A stretch of 21,026 nucleotides of DNA from Deltaproteobacteria bacterium (GCA_032128375.1 JAQBGU010000023.1:1-21026); one strand, 5' to 3'. Numbered from the stretch's first letter, positions 1 through 9,798 are shown. Notes: generated by a model not told the origin, from the letters alone. A program made the numbers and translations.

Positions 1-1416
<1,416 letters not shown>

Positions 1417-1488
1417 AACGCCTTCTCCTGTCAGATGTCAGGGAAAAGGCGGGTCGCGCCGGGAGCCAAGGTGCGGCCGATCAAACCG

Positions 1489-1520
1489 AAGCCCCGGAGC
1501 GGTTACCCGCTCCGGGGCTT
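1489..1520. terminator. Intrinsic terminator-like hairpin between the convergent groEL and histone genes, possibly bidirectional
   Basis: Perfect 14-bp stem AAGCCCCGGAGCGG / CCGCTCCGGGGCTT with a TTAC loop; only weak T-tracts follow on either strand. Confidence 0.7.
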
Positions 1521-1624
1521 GCGTATTCTTGTCAACTGGTAACGTGTGTATCAGTCAAAGAGCAATCGGTAAGGTCGATCGGTAGCTGTCGATCAGCCCT
1601 TATCGATTCGTGAAGGACCGAAAA

Positions 1625-1843
1625 TCAGGCTCGCGCGAGCTTCGCTCGCGCTTCGTCGATGTCTCCGTCCATCAAGGTCTTGCGCTTGGCGGCGACCGCT
1701 GATGCGCTGGCCTCCCGCGCGAGACGTTCGATGTAATCCTCGGTTGCAGCTACGGCTCGCTCGAGTGCAGAGCCCGATACGCGCAGGCCGTCACCGTGCT
1801 TGGTCAGCAGTCGCTTGATGACTGCGTTCGGAAGTTCCCCCAT
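1625..1843 (-). CDS. Histone-fold protein (archaeal HMfA/HMfB-like, CBFD_NFYB_HMF type), 72 aa
   Basis: MGELP-x-A-x-I-x-R start, L1 RVS motif, long alpha2, L2 RKT followed by D seven residues after the R (RKTLMDGD), then alpha3. Aligns by eye with HMfA over its full length. Strong RBS GGAGG 7 nt upstream of the ATG. Confidence 0.88.
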   Translation of the reverse strand: MGELPNAVIKRLLTKHGDGLRVSGSALERAVAATEDYIERLAREASASAVAAKRKTLMDGDIDEARAKLARA

Positions 1844-1988
1844 GATCCATCCTCCATATTCCTTGGGCGATTCGGCGCGAGCATACAGCGTCCCTCGGTG
1901 ATTATCCGTAGTTGCCGATCTATGATCTCAACTGTGGAGGCTTTTCGGCGATGAAATGGGCTGAATTGGCCTCATTTCGTAGCCTTAA

Positions 1989-2807
1989 TCACCCATATTT
2001 TCTCAATCTGGACAAGAATTCGCCGGCTTGCTTCGCGAGCCTGGCCGCATCGAAGTCCACCGGGACGACGTGGCCGGACAACTCACACACGAGCTGTTCG
2101 CGCACCTCCGACGAAACAGATGCGATAATCGTATTGGCGTCTTCGGGATCCGCAGTAGTGTCGTGCGCGCCGTGAGCGACCAGAATCGGACAGCTGACTC
2201 GCGAGAGCCCGCTGCGCACCAGGCGTTGTAAGCGTTGGAGTTCGTGAACACTGGCGAGCGGCATCACCGAGTAGCTCGGGTGGCACGCGCGCGCTGCATC
2301 GTCGCAGATATCGGAGCCACCCCGTTTCTCTGGAAGCGGCTGAAAGTATTTCGCGAGCGGAATCATCCACGCGAAGCGCTGCCTCAGCACCAGCGGTGTA
2401 CCCACGACGACGAGCGCGTCGACCGGATAGCGCTGCGCCAAGGCCAGACTCAACAGCCCCCCCATGGAGAGCCCGACAACAAAGACCCGCTCGTAGCGTT
2501 CGCGCAGCGTCTGGTAGTGGGAACTCGCGGTGTCCAACCAATCTGTGTAAGAAACTTTGGAGAGCGCCTCCGGTGTGTCGTTGTGGCCGGGGAGAACCGG
2601 GCCGACGGCATCGATGCCGGCCGCTGCGATTGCGAGTCCCAGAGATCGGACCTCGTAGGGCGTACCCGTCAAGCCGTGCAGGCACAGCGCGGCCGCTGAT
2701 GCGGTCGAACCCGAGTCGCCCTGCCCTTGCTGGCTTCCGTCGCGAAACGAGTCGCCAGAAAAATCGAACGGTTCGACGATGACCTCGACCGGATCTGCGC
2801 CTGCCAT
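1989..2807 (-). CDS. Alpha/beta-fold hydrolase (carboxylesterase / monoacylglycerol lipase-like)
   Basis: LHGLTG oxyanion region, nucleophile elbow GLSMGG, HGAHD acid and SGHVV catalytic His; AGGAG/AGGA immediately upstream of the ATG. Confidence 0.9.
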   Translation of the reverse strand: MAGADPVEVIVEPFDFSGDSFRDGSQQGQGDSGSTASAAALCLHGLTGTPYEVRSLGLAIAAAGIDAVGPVLPGHNDTPEALSKVSYTDWLDTASSHYQTLRERYERVFVVGLSMGGLLSLALAQRYPVDALVVVGTPLVLRQRFAWMIPLAKYFQPLPEKRGGSDICDDAARACHPSYSVMPLASVHELQRLQRLVRSGLSRVSCPILVAHGAHDTTADPEDANTIIASVSSEVREQLVCELSGHVVPVDFDAARLAKQAGEFLSRLRKYG

Positions 2808-2810
2808 TTC

Positions 2811-2959
2811 CTGCTCCTGAAAGGTCTGCTCCTGAGAAGGTCTGCTCCTGAGAAGGTCTGCTCCGAAGAAGGTCTGCTCCTAAAAAGGTCTGCTCCTAAG
2901 AAGGTCTGCTCCTGAAAGGTCTGCTCCAAAAAACAGTCTGCTCCTGGAAGGCCTGCTCC
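2811..2959. repeat. Intergenic tandem repeat, 10 copies of a 15-17 bp unit (consensus AAGGTCTGCTCCTGAG)
   Basis: Core CTGCTCC at 2811, 2826, 2842, 2858, 2874, 2890, 2906, 2921, 2938 and 2953. Confidence 0.95.
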
Positions 2960-2966
2960 GACAAGA

Positions 2967-4241
2967 TCAGTCCAGCCCTTCGCGGCCGGCGCGCTCAGCC
3001 GCGCGAACCACATCGGCGAGCCTTGCCTGTTTCTTGTATGCGGCGCGCTTGCAATCATCGTATTCCGCGGAAACCGAAGCGCGTCCCTCATCGTCCCAGA
3101 CTACCTTTACGCGCACGCGTCCGAATTCCGTCATCACGCTCCTCGATTCGCGCCGGAGCGTAATGCGATCGCTCTCGGTGGCGCGGACGCCGATTGCAGT
3201 CGATTCGCTCAGCAGCAGCCGGGCGAGTGGAATCCGATCGACCGGGCGCGCGATCACCCGGACCCCGAACCCGGGCCGGTTCTTTTTCATTTGCAGGTGC
3301 TGGATCGACACGTCGAGCGCTCCGGCCTCGAGCAAGCGCTCGAGTAGATAATCAAAGTGCTCGGGAACGAAATCGTCGAGGTGCGTCTCGAGCGTTACAA
3401 CACGGTCCGCATCGAAGCGCCCCGCGCGTCCGATAACGGCTCGCAGCAGGTTGGGCATCGGCCCCTCGCGATCGTTTCCCGCCCCATGGCCGATGGCTTC
3501 GACAGTCATCGCCGGAAGCGTGCAGAACTCGTCGACGATCGTCTTCAAGATCGCGGCCCCAGTGGGCGTCACTGTTTCCCAGGACACATGCGCGGGCACG
3601 GTCGGAATGCCGCGCAGCAGTTCGAGTGTCGCAGGGGCCGGCAGCGGTAGACGTCCGTGATCGGTCTCAACGCTGCCGTGTCCCAGTGCGACAGGCGATG
3701 CTGTCACCCGTTCGATCCCGAGCCGCGCGAGCCCGATGGCCGCCCCGGTGACATCGACGATCGCATCGACCGCACCCACCTCGTGGAAATGGACCTTCTC
3801 CAGTGCGATCCCGTGAACGCTCGCTTCGGCTCTGCCAAGCGCTTCGAAAATGGCCAGCGCGCGTTCGCGCACAGAGGCTTCGAGCCGGGCGCGCTTCAGC
3901 ACGCGAACGATCTGGAGATAAGTCCGCGCGTGGGGGTGTGAGTGGTCCAGGGCATGTGAGTGAGGGTGCGAATGATTGTGGGAATGGCTGCGTGCGCCAC
4001 GCGGAACGAGCACATCGACGTAGCGAGCCGCCAGTGCGCCGCGTTTGACGCGCGTCACCCTCAGCTTGTGCTCGAGCCCCAGTCCAGCCAGGTCCTGCTC
4101 GAGTTCACGGCGTGACAGGCCCGCGTCGAGCATCGCACCCAAGAACATGTTCCCGGCGATGCCCGAGAACACATCCAGATGCAAAACGCGCCCGCTGGCG
4201 GGCGCGGTCTTTCTCGAACGGGTGGCACGTCGAGCCGGCAC
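2967..4241 (-). CDS. larC: Nickel pincer cofactor biosynthesis protein LarC (nickel insertase)
   Basis: DVFSGIAGNMFLGA N-terminus, His-rich segment HSHNHSHPHSHALDHSHPH, HFHEVGAVDAIVD, PLPAPATLEL, TPTGAA, MKKNRPG and EYDDC motifs. Start uncertain (GTG 4241 or ATG 4301). Confidence 0.92.
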   Translation of the reverse strand: MPARRATRSRKTAPASGRVLHLDVFSGIAGNMFLGAMLDAGLSRRELEQDLAGLGLEHKLRVTRVKRGALAARYVDVLVPRGARSHSHNHSHPHSHALDHSHPHARTYLQIVRVLKRARLEASVRERALAIFEALGRAEASVHGIALEKVHFHEVGAVDAIVDVTGAAIGLARLGIERVTASPVALGHGSVETDHGRLPLPAPATLELLRGIPTVPAHVSWETVTPTGAAILKTIVDEFCTLPAMTVEAIGHGAGNDREGPMPNLLRAVIGRAGRFDADRVVTLETHLDDFVPEHFDYLLERLLEAGALDVSIQHLQMKKNRPGFGVRVIARPVDRIPLARLLLSESTAIGVRATESDRITLRRESRSVMTEFGRVRVKVVWDDEGRASVSAEYDDCKRAAYKKQARLADVVRAAERAGREGLD

Positions 4242-4427
4242 GCGACCAGCATGCGCGAATTCCCGAGCCGATACCAGGCCTGTTCGCGTCGGTCCATGCA
4301 CAGGAATGGCTTGACCTGGCCTACCGGGCCACAGTCGTTGACGGAGAAATCACCGTCGAAGACGGTCAACTCACTGGCAGAACACCCGGACAGATTCTGC
4401 GTGTCGGGTTGGAAGCGACTTCCAGGA

Positions 4428-5177
4428 CTACAACCGGTTAATCAACGTCGCGACGTAGGCCGCACCGAATCCGTTGTCGATGTTGACGACGGTGACGTTG
4501 GACGCACAGCTGTTCAGCATTCCGAGCAGCGCAGCGATCCCTCCGAAGGCTGCGCCATAGCCGACGCTCGTCGGGACGGCGATGACCGGTTTGTCGACCA
4601 GACCCCCCACCACTGAAGGCAGCGCACCTTCCATCCCCGCCACGGCGATCAGTACCCGCGCTGATCGCAGCACCTCGCTGGCGGCGAGCAAACGATGAAG
4701 TCCCGCGACGCCAACGTCACCGACCGCCTCGACCTTGTTCCCGAAGCGCCGCGCCACGGCGATGGCTTCTGCAGCGACCGGAAGATCCGAGGTTCCCGCC
4801 GATATCACCGCGATGGTGCCCTTGCCAACCGGCGGGACCTCGATGGGCCCCAGCCACAACAGCCTGGCGACTGCATCGTAGCTGGCAGCTGGGAGGCTGG
4901 TCAGGACTTCGTCGGCGACCCGTGGATCCACGCGGGTCGCCAACACGTTCTGCCCAACGCCTTGCAAGGCTTGCGCGATCTCGATGATCTGCTTCGCGGT
5001 CTTACCCGGCGCGTAAATGACCTCGGGAATTCCCGCGCGCAACGCGCGGTGGGTATCAACGCGCGCGTCGGGAACATCGAGGAACGCCGGGCGCGCGAGC
5101 GCTTCCAGTGCGTCGTCGATGCGAGAATCTCCGCGCTTGACGGCTTCCAGAAGCTCGCGCAGCTGATCGCGGTCCAT
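4428..5177 (-). CDS. larB: Nickel pincer cofactor biosynthesis protein LarB (PurE/NCAIR mutase-like)
   Basis: D-x-HR-x-LR-x-G-x-PEVIY, AGTSDLPVA, DVGVAGLHRL, AGMEGALPSVV, PTSVGYG and VVNIDNGFGAA motifs; ATG at 5177 preceded by GAAGGGG. Confidence 0.93.
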   Translation of the reverse strand: MDRDQLRELLEAVKRGDSRIDDALEALARPAFLDVPDARVDTHRALRAGIPEVIYAPGKTAKQIIEIAQALQGVGQNVLATRVDPRVADEVLTSLPAASYDAVARLLWLGPIEVPPVGKGTIAVISAGTSDLPVAAEAIAVARRFGNKVEAVGDVGVAGLHRLLAASEVLRSARVLIAVAGMEGALPSVVGGLVDKPVIAVPTSVGYGAAFGGIAALLGMLNSCASNVTVVNIDNGFGAAYVATLINRL

Positions 5178-5324
5178 GCTGGCTACCCCTTCACCAAAAC
5201 CCGTTCGTTGAAGCCCGTTCCTCGAGGCCCAGGAGCGACGTCGAGCACCGGAGGCGCCTGACCAGCCCAGCCGGATGTCCAATCGGCTGCACACAAAGTA
5301 CGCTATCAGAACGCTCGTCGAGCG

Positions 5325-5867
5325 CTATGCGCCCGCTTCGGCGTCGACGAAATCCGGCACGAAGACGATTGCGGCTACGCGCTCGGCATCGCTACCGAAC
5401 AGATTGCTTTCGAAGCAGTAGGCGGCTCGACGCTCGCCGATCCGGGTCACCAGAACGCGGTCGGCTCCATCCATCACCAGTGTTGGCACGCTCAACAGGA
5501 TGCTCTCACCGAGATCGTCGGCAATGGCCGACACTGTGTGCGATGCCACAATGTTTCCCAGTTCACGCAGCGCGGATTCGATGGCCCTGTCCGGTTGATC
5601 ACCCGCGACCAGTGCACCCAGTGTCGAGCGCGACGGCGTGGGGAACAAGATGGCCACCAATCCCGACAGGAAGCCGTCCGCTTCGAAGATGACTCCGGTC
5701 GAGCGGTCGAGGCTCGGCCGATAGTGCACGCTCTCGACTTGCCGGCACGCCCCGGCTTCTATCTCCCGCCCCAAAATCAGCCCCAGCGCCTTCGCCGCAC
5801 CGGCAGCCCCCACCGCGCTCAGTTCCCCGAGCTCCCGCAGCGCCAAGCCGTGTTTCGATTCACTCAT
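5325..5867 (-). CDS. cheC: CheC/CheX-family phosphatase (DifG-like)
   Basis: ESALRELGNIV active-site motif and SVP motif; start overlaps the cheA stop (ATGA). Confidence 0.82.
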   Translation of the reverse strand: MSESKHGLALRELGELSAVGAAGAAKALGLILGREIEAGACRQVESVHYRPSLDRSTGVIFEADGFLSGLVAILFPTPSRSTLGALVAGDQPDRAIESALRELGNIVASHTVSAIADDLGESILLSVPTLVMDGADRVLVTRIGERRAAYCFESNLFGSDAERVAAIVFVPDFVDAEAGA

Positions 5868-7087
5868 GACAGCTGATTCAGGTCCAGCACAAAGACCGGC
5901 GTGCCGTCACCGAGAATCGTCAGTCCGGCGAGAACCCGAATCGGCGCGAGCAACTCTGGGACCGGTTTGACGTAGATTTGTTGGTGTCCCGAAATATGAT
6001 CGATCTCGAGCGCCATCAGCTCGCCGTGTACTTCACCCAGCACCAGTGTCACCTGTTCTTTTCTCGGTGTCGGCCGAAGCGATAGCTGGCTCGCCAGATC
6101 GATGACCGCCACCGGGCAATCGTCGACGAGAGTAAAAGCCTCGCGACCACTGCGTTCGATTGCTTCGGCGGGCACCTCGATCACGCGTTCAACCTTCGAT
6201 ACCGGCACCGCCACCGTTTCACCCGACACGTCGAGTAGCAGCACTCGCTGCACCGCTGCGGTGATCGGCACGATCAGCATCGTGGTTGTTCCGACGCCCT
6301 TCTGCGTGACGATCTCGACCACCCCGCCGAGCGACTCGATTGTCGCGCGAACCGCATCCATCCCGACTCCCCGTCCGGATATATCGGTGATCGACTCTGC
6401 GGTCGACAGGCCGGCGCTGAACACGAACGAGGCCAGCTGTTCGGGCGAGAGGTCTTCGGCAAGAGCCGACACGACCAGCCCGGATTCGATCGCCCGCTTC
6501 TTGACCGCATCCAGGTCGATTCCTGCACCGTCATCGGCAACCTTGATGTGGATCGAATCCTTCGCGCGCAGCGCCACGATCGAGATGTGGCCGACCTCCC
6601 CCTTGCCCGCTGCGATCCGGTCCCGAGGACTTTCGATTCCATGGTCGAGAGCGTTGCGAACCAGATGCACCAGCGGGTCGCTCAGCCGATCGAGAATCGA
6701 TCGATCGAGTTCGATCTCAGCCCCGCTGATTCTCACCTCGACCCGTTTGCCCAGCCGGGTGGCCAGCTCGCGCGCCATCCTTGGCAGGGGCTCGACGATG
6801 CGCAGCAGCGGGGTCGTGCGCAACTCGAGTGCGCGCCGCTGGAGTTCGCTGACCACACGATCCATGCGGTCGAGGCCTGCCGACATGCCCGCGGTGCGTC
6901 GCCCGCCTTGAGCTGCTGTTCGCAACTGGCTGGAACTGAGAATGACCTCGCCGACGGTACCCAGGAAGCGATCGAGCGTATCGGTATTGACCCGAACCGA
7001 CGGCGGTGGGGTCGGGGCGGCTAGTAGTTTGGCTTCTGGGCCCGACCGAGAGTCGGAGCCGACTTCAGATTCTGGCCTTTTTTTTTT
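5864..7087 (-). CDS. cheA: CheA C-terminal part (linker, dimerisation, HATPase and CheW-like domains), in the -1 frame relative to the Hpt part
   Basis: The frame of ORF 5864-6925 stays open upstream to the A10 run and encodes KRPESEVGSDSRSGPEAKLLAAPTPPPSVRVNTDTLDRFLGTVGEVI (typical P3 start). N box HLVRNALDHG, G1 DDGAGID, G2 SGRGVGMD, P5 domain ending LGDGTPVFVLD. Confidence 0.9.
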   Translation of the reverse strand, partial: KKKRPESEVGSDSRSGPEAKLLAAPTPPPSVRVNTDTLDRFLGTVGEVILSSSQLRTAAQGGRRTAGMSAGLDRMDRVVSELQRRALELRTTPLLRIVEPLPRMARELATRLGKRVEVRISGAEIELDRSILDRLSDPLVHLVRNALDHGIESPRDRIAAGKGEVGHISIVALRAKDSIHIKVADDGAGIDLDAVKKRAIESGLVVSALAEDLSPEQLASFVFSAGLSTAESITDISGRGVGMDAVRATIESLGGVVEIVTQKGVGTTTMLIVPITAAVQRVLLLDVSGETVAVPVSKVERVIEVPAEAIERSGREAFTLVDDCPVAVIDLASQLSLRPTPRKEQVTLVLGEVHGELMALEIDHISGHQQIYVKPVPELLAPIRVLAGLTILGDGTPVFVLDLNQLS

Positions 7088-7482
7088 GCTTCTTGCGGAA
7101 TCTCCGGGTCGCCTGCCGGACCCGCGAGAACCTGGGCGATCTCCGGATCTGACGCGGGAACCTCTCCGTCACGGACCGCCCTGACCATGCGCTCGATGCA
7201 CTCGACACCGCGAAACAGCACCGCCAGTTCACCTGAACTCGAGACGCGCCCTTCGGCGCGAATGTTCTGCATACGATCTTCGAGTCGGTGCGACACTTCG
7301 GCGATGGCGTCGTACTCGAGCGAAGCGGCCATTCCCTTGATGGAATGAGCCATCCGGAAGATCAGGTCGATCGCATCCGGATTCGCCATCTCTTTCTCGA
7401 GTTCGAGCAGCGCCGAGCTGATCTCAGACAGATGCTCGGCCGCCTCCTCGAGGAAGAGGGCGCGATACTTCGCCATGTCCAC
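7021..7482 (-). CDS. cheA: CheA N-terminal Hpt (P1) domain, ending at a stop shortly after the A10 run
   Basis: YRALFLEEAAEHL and IFRMAHSIKGMAASL (phospho-His) motifs; GTG at 7482 (or ATG 7476) just after the cheY stop, with AAGGA upstream. Confidence 0.88.
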   Translation of the reverse strand: MDMAKYRALFLEEAAEHLSEISSALLELEKEMANPDAIDLIFRMAHSIKGMAASLEYDAIAEVSHRLEDRMQNIRAEGRVSSSGELAVLFRGVECIERMVRAVRDGEVPASDPEIAQVLAGPAGDPEIPQEAKKKGQNLKSAPTLGRAQKPNY

Positions 7483-7484
7483 GC

Positions 7485-7853
7485 TCAGATTTCCTTCTCG
7501 AGCGCCTTTTGGATCGTATCGATCACACACGCGGGTTTGAACGGCTTTACGATGAAGTCTTTCGCACCCGCCTGCATCGCTTCGTTCACGAGCGACTCTT
7601 GACCGAGCGCGCTGCACATCACGACGCACGCGCCGGGGTCGAGTTCGATAATTCCTCGCACTGCATCGATTCCGGATTTGCGTGGCATGACGATGTCCAT
7701 CGTCACGACATCGGGATGCAGTCGTCGAAACTCTTCGATGGCTTCGATGCCGTCGGATGCTTCTCCGCAGACCTCGAACCCCTCTGCCTCAACGATCTCT
7801 CGAATCATCTGACGCATGAACGACGCATCATCAGCAACCAGGATTCTCGCCAT
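7485..7853 (-). CDS. cheY: CheY-like single-domain response regulator (DifD-like)
   Basis: ILVADDASFMR, PDVVTMDIVMP, MCSALGQ and FIVKPF motifs; ATG at 7853 with AGGAG RBS; 122 aa. Confidence 0.93.
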   Translation of the reverse strand: MARILVADDASFMRQMIREIVEAEGFEVCGEASDGIEAIEEFRRLHPDVVTMDIVMPRKSGIDAVRGIIELDPGACVVMCSALGQESLVNEAMQAGAKDFIVKPFKPACVIDTIQKALEKEI

Positions 7854-7878
7854 ACTCGGTCTCCTCTCGCTCTCTAGA

Positions 7879-8343
7879 TCATGTTCTCTGATCCAGGGAG
7901 CTCTCAATGACTCTCTTGGCACGTGCCACAAGCTTACGCGGATCGAGTAGGCTCGCGATTCGACCGTTGATCGAGCGGCGCTCGGCAACGATTTCGTTTC
8001 CCTGTGCGGCGGGTGCGCTGCCATCGACCAGTCCGGTAACCCGATCCACCGGAATGCCAAGCCGCGCGACATCGCTTCCGCGATCCGTGATCACCAGGAA
8101 ATTTGCAGGTTGCACGGAATTTTCGATTCCGCACAGCGACGACCAGCTCAACAATGGGAGCGCATCGCCGTGGTAGTTGACCACTCCTCCGACGTTTGCA
8201 GCGATTGACGGGATGCACGCGACGCGACACATCTCGGCGACCTCCAGGACTCCATCGATCGGCAGCGCGTAAAGACCGCCCGAAACCTCGAAGGTCAGCA
8301 GCCGCTCGTCCGCCCCGGTGATCAGCGCGGCCCCATTCATCAT
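7879..8343 (-). CDS. cheW: CheW-like coupling protein (DifC-like)
   Basis: LLTFEV-x-G-x-LYALPI-x-x-[24 protein letters not shown] and LLDPRKL pattern; start overlaps the MCP stop. Confidence 0.88.
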   Translation of the reverse strand: MMNGAALITGADERLLTFEVSGGLYALPIDGVLEVAEMCRVACIPSIAANVGGVVNYHGDALPLLSWSSLCGIENSVQPANFLVITDRGSDVARLGIPVDRVTGLVDGSAPAAQGNEIVAERRSINGRIASLLDPRKLVARAKRVIESSLDQRT

Positions 8344-9620
8344 TTCTTCTCGACTGCGCTTTCGGGACGAGTTCGAAATTGCTCGAGTACACTGCGGAGT
8401 TCATGTGAGAGTTCGTTGAGCGAAACCGACGAGGCCACCACGTCGCTCATCGCTCCAGTCTGCTTGCGGGATGTCTCGAGAATCTGCTCGATCGGGCTGG
8501 ATTTCTCGGACCCCACGTTGGCGATCTCGTCCATCGAGCTGACCATCTTCTCGACTTCGCGGGTATGCGTATCGGCGGCATGAAAGATTTCTTCGGCCTT
8601 GGAAGCGGCCTCACTGACCGCGGCGCGAATGTGCTCGAGCGAGCTGGCGATCATGTCGACGTCGCCGCGTCCCTCGGTGATCACGGTGCTCGACTCGCGC
8701 ATTTCATCGGCGACATCGGCGGTGTCCGATTGGATCTCGTGAATCAAGCCTGCGATCTCTTCGGCGCTGCGCCCGGCGCTCTCAGCCAGCTTTCGAATTT
8801 CGTCGGCAACGACCGAAAAGCCTCGCCCGGCCTCACCCGCACGCGCGGCCTCGATCGACGCATTGAGTGACAACAGATTCGTGCTGTTCGCGACGCTCGT
8901 GATGATTTCGGTGATCTGGTGCACGTGTCGGGTTTTCGATTCCAATTCGAACACGCGCTTGACCGCTACTTCGATCCGTTCGAACACCGTTCGCATCTTC
9001 TCGATGGCCAGGCGAGTCACATCCACGCCCGAGTTCGCCTTCTGGTTGGCCTCAGCAGCGAATCCGAAGGCTTCACGGGCCCTGTCCGCATTGCGATCGA
9101 TCGTCGCAGCCACTTCGTGGATCAAACGGTTGGCTTCGTGGAGCAGCCGTTGCTGGTCTTCCACGCTGCGGACGAGATCGCCCACGGTGGTGCCGATCTC
9201 GTCACTGTGTCCGCCGACTGCCTGCGCCGAGTTGGCCACCTGATCCGCCGCTCGAGACAGACGAGAGGCCGTACCATGCACGTGTTCGATGAGTTCGCGA
9301 AGGCTCCCAGCCATACCTTGGATGCTCTCGCGGAGGTCGCAAACTTCGTCCGGGAAGCGCGGCGACGCGGCCAGTGCCCCCGCATCGGAAAGATCGCCTT
9401 GGCTGATCCGTTCCATGGCACGCCGCAGCCCGTCGAACTGCTGAGTCAGATCCCTCGAGAGCAAGAACCCAATGAACGCGCCGACACCGAGTGCGACAAG
9501 GAGCGAAACCCAAGGGGCGACATCGAGCCCGGAAACCGCGAGCAAAAGCGGCAGCCCCACCACCGCGGTTCCGACAGCGACAGACCCGATGACGAATTTG
9601 TGCGTAAGGGCAACTCTCAC
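8340..9620 (-). CDS. Methyl-accepting chemotaxis protein with two adjacent TM helices, HAMP and signalling domain (DifA-like)
   Basis: Hairpin tip [38 protein letters not shown]-like ISQGDLS...DEV, two hydrophobic segments at the N-terminus. Likely GTG start at 9620; the ORF-track extension to 10049 overlaps thiL. Confidence 0.92.
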   Translation of the reverse strand: MRVALTHKFVIGSVAVGTAVVGLPLLLAVSGLDVAPWVSLLVALGVGAFIGFLLSRDLTQQFDGLRRAMERISQGDLSDAGALAASPRFPDEVCDLRESIQGMAGSLRELIEHVHGTASRLSRAADQVANSAQAVGGHSDEIGTTVGDLVRSVEDQQRLLHEANRLIHEVAATIDRNADRAREAFGFAAEANQKANSGVDVTRLAIEKMRTVFERIEVAVKRVFELESKTRHVHQITEIITSVANSTNLLSLNASIEAARAGEAGRGFSVVADEIRKLAESAGRSAEEIAGLIHEIQSDTADVADEMRESSTVITEGRGDVDMIASSLEHIRAAVSEAASKAEEIFHAADTHTREVEKMVSSMDEIANVGSEKSSPIEQILETSRKQTGAMSDVVASSVSLNELSHELRSVLEQFRTRPESAVEKK

Positions 9621-9798
9621 GCGTTTGTATCGGTGAATGGCGCGGGCTACTTGAAGACTTGGATCGCCACAAAGGTCCTGGAGCCGGCAACTTACCGGAG
9701 CGCGCAGCAGGAGCCGCAAGTGCCGACGCGATTCGGCAGATCGCGAACCTAGGCATGGGCTCGGCCGCTGCGTCTGGCGGCTGGAACTGGCTGGTCGC

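Noticed and set aside
1844..1988. Possible sigma70 promoter (TTGAGA...GATAAT on minus) and a bulged hairpin at about 1953-1978 upstream of the histone gene
   Set aside because: The 19-bp spacing and weak matches are not sufficient support, and the hairpin lacks a T-tract; a separate histone transcript cannot be claimed from sequence alone.
2811..2959. Possible CRISPR array (also considered for 19563-19650 and 20860-21026)
   Set aside because: Units are only 11-17 bp, have no unique spacers, and no cas genes are present; these are tandem repeats.
2669..3091. ORFs crossing the 16-bp array (2669-3091 minus, 2727-2915 plus)
   Set aside because: Their repetitive peptides simply reflect the DNA repeat, and they overlap confident genes.
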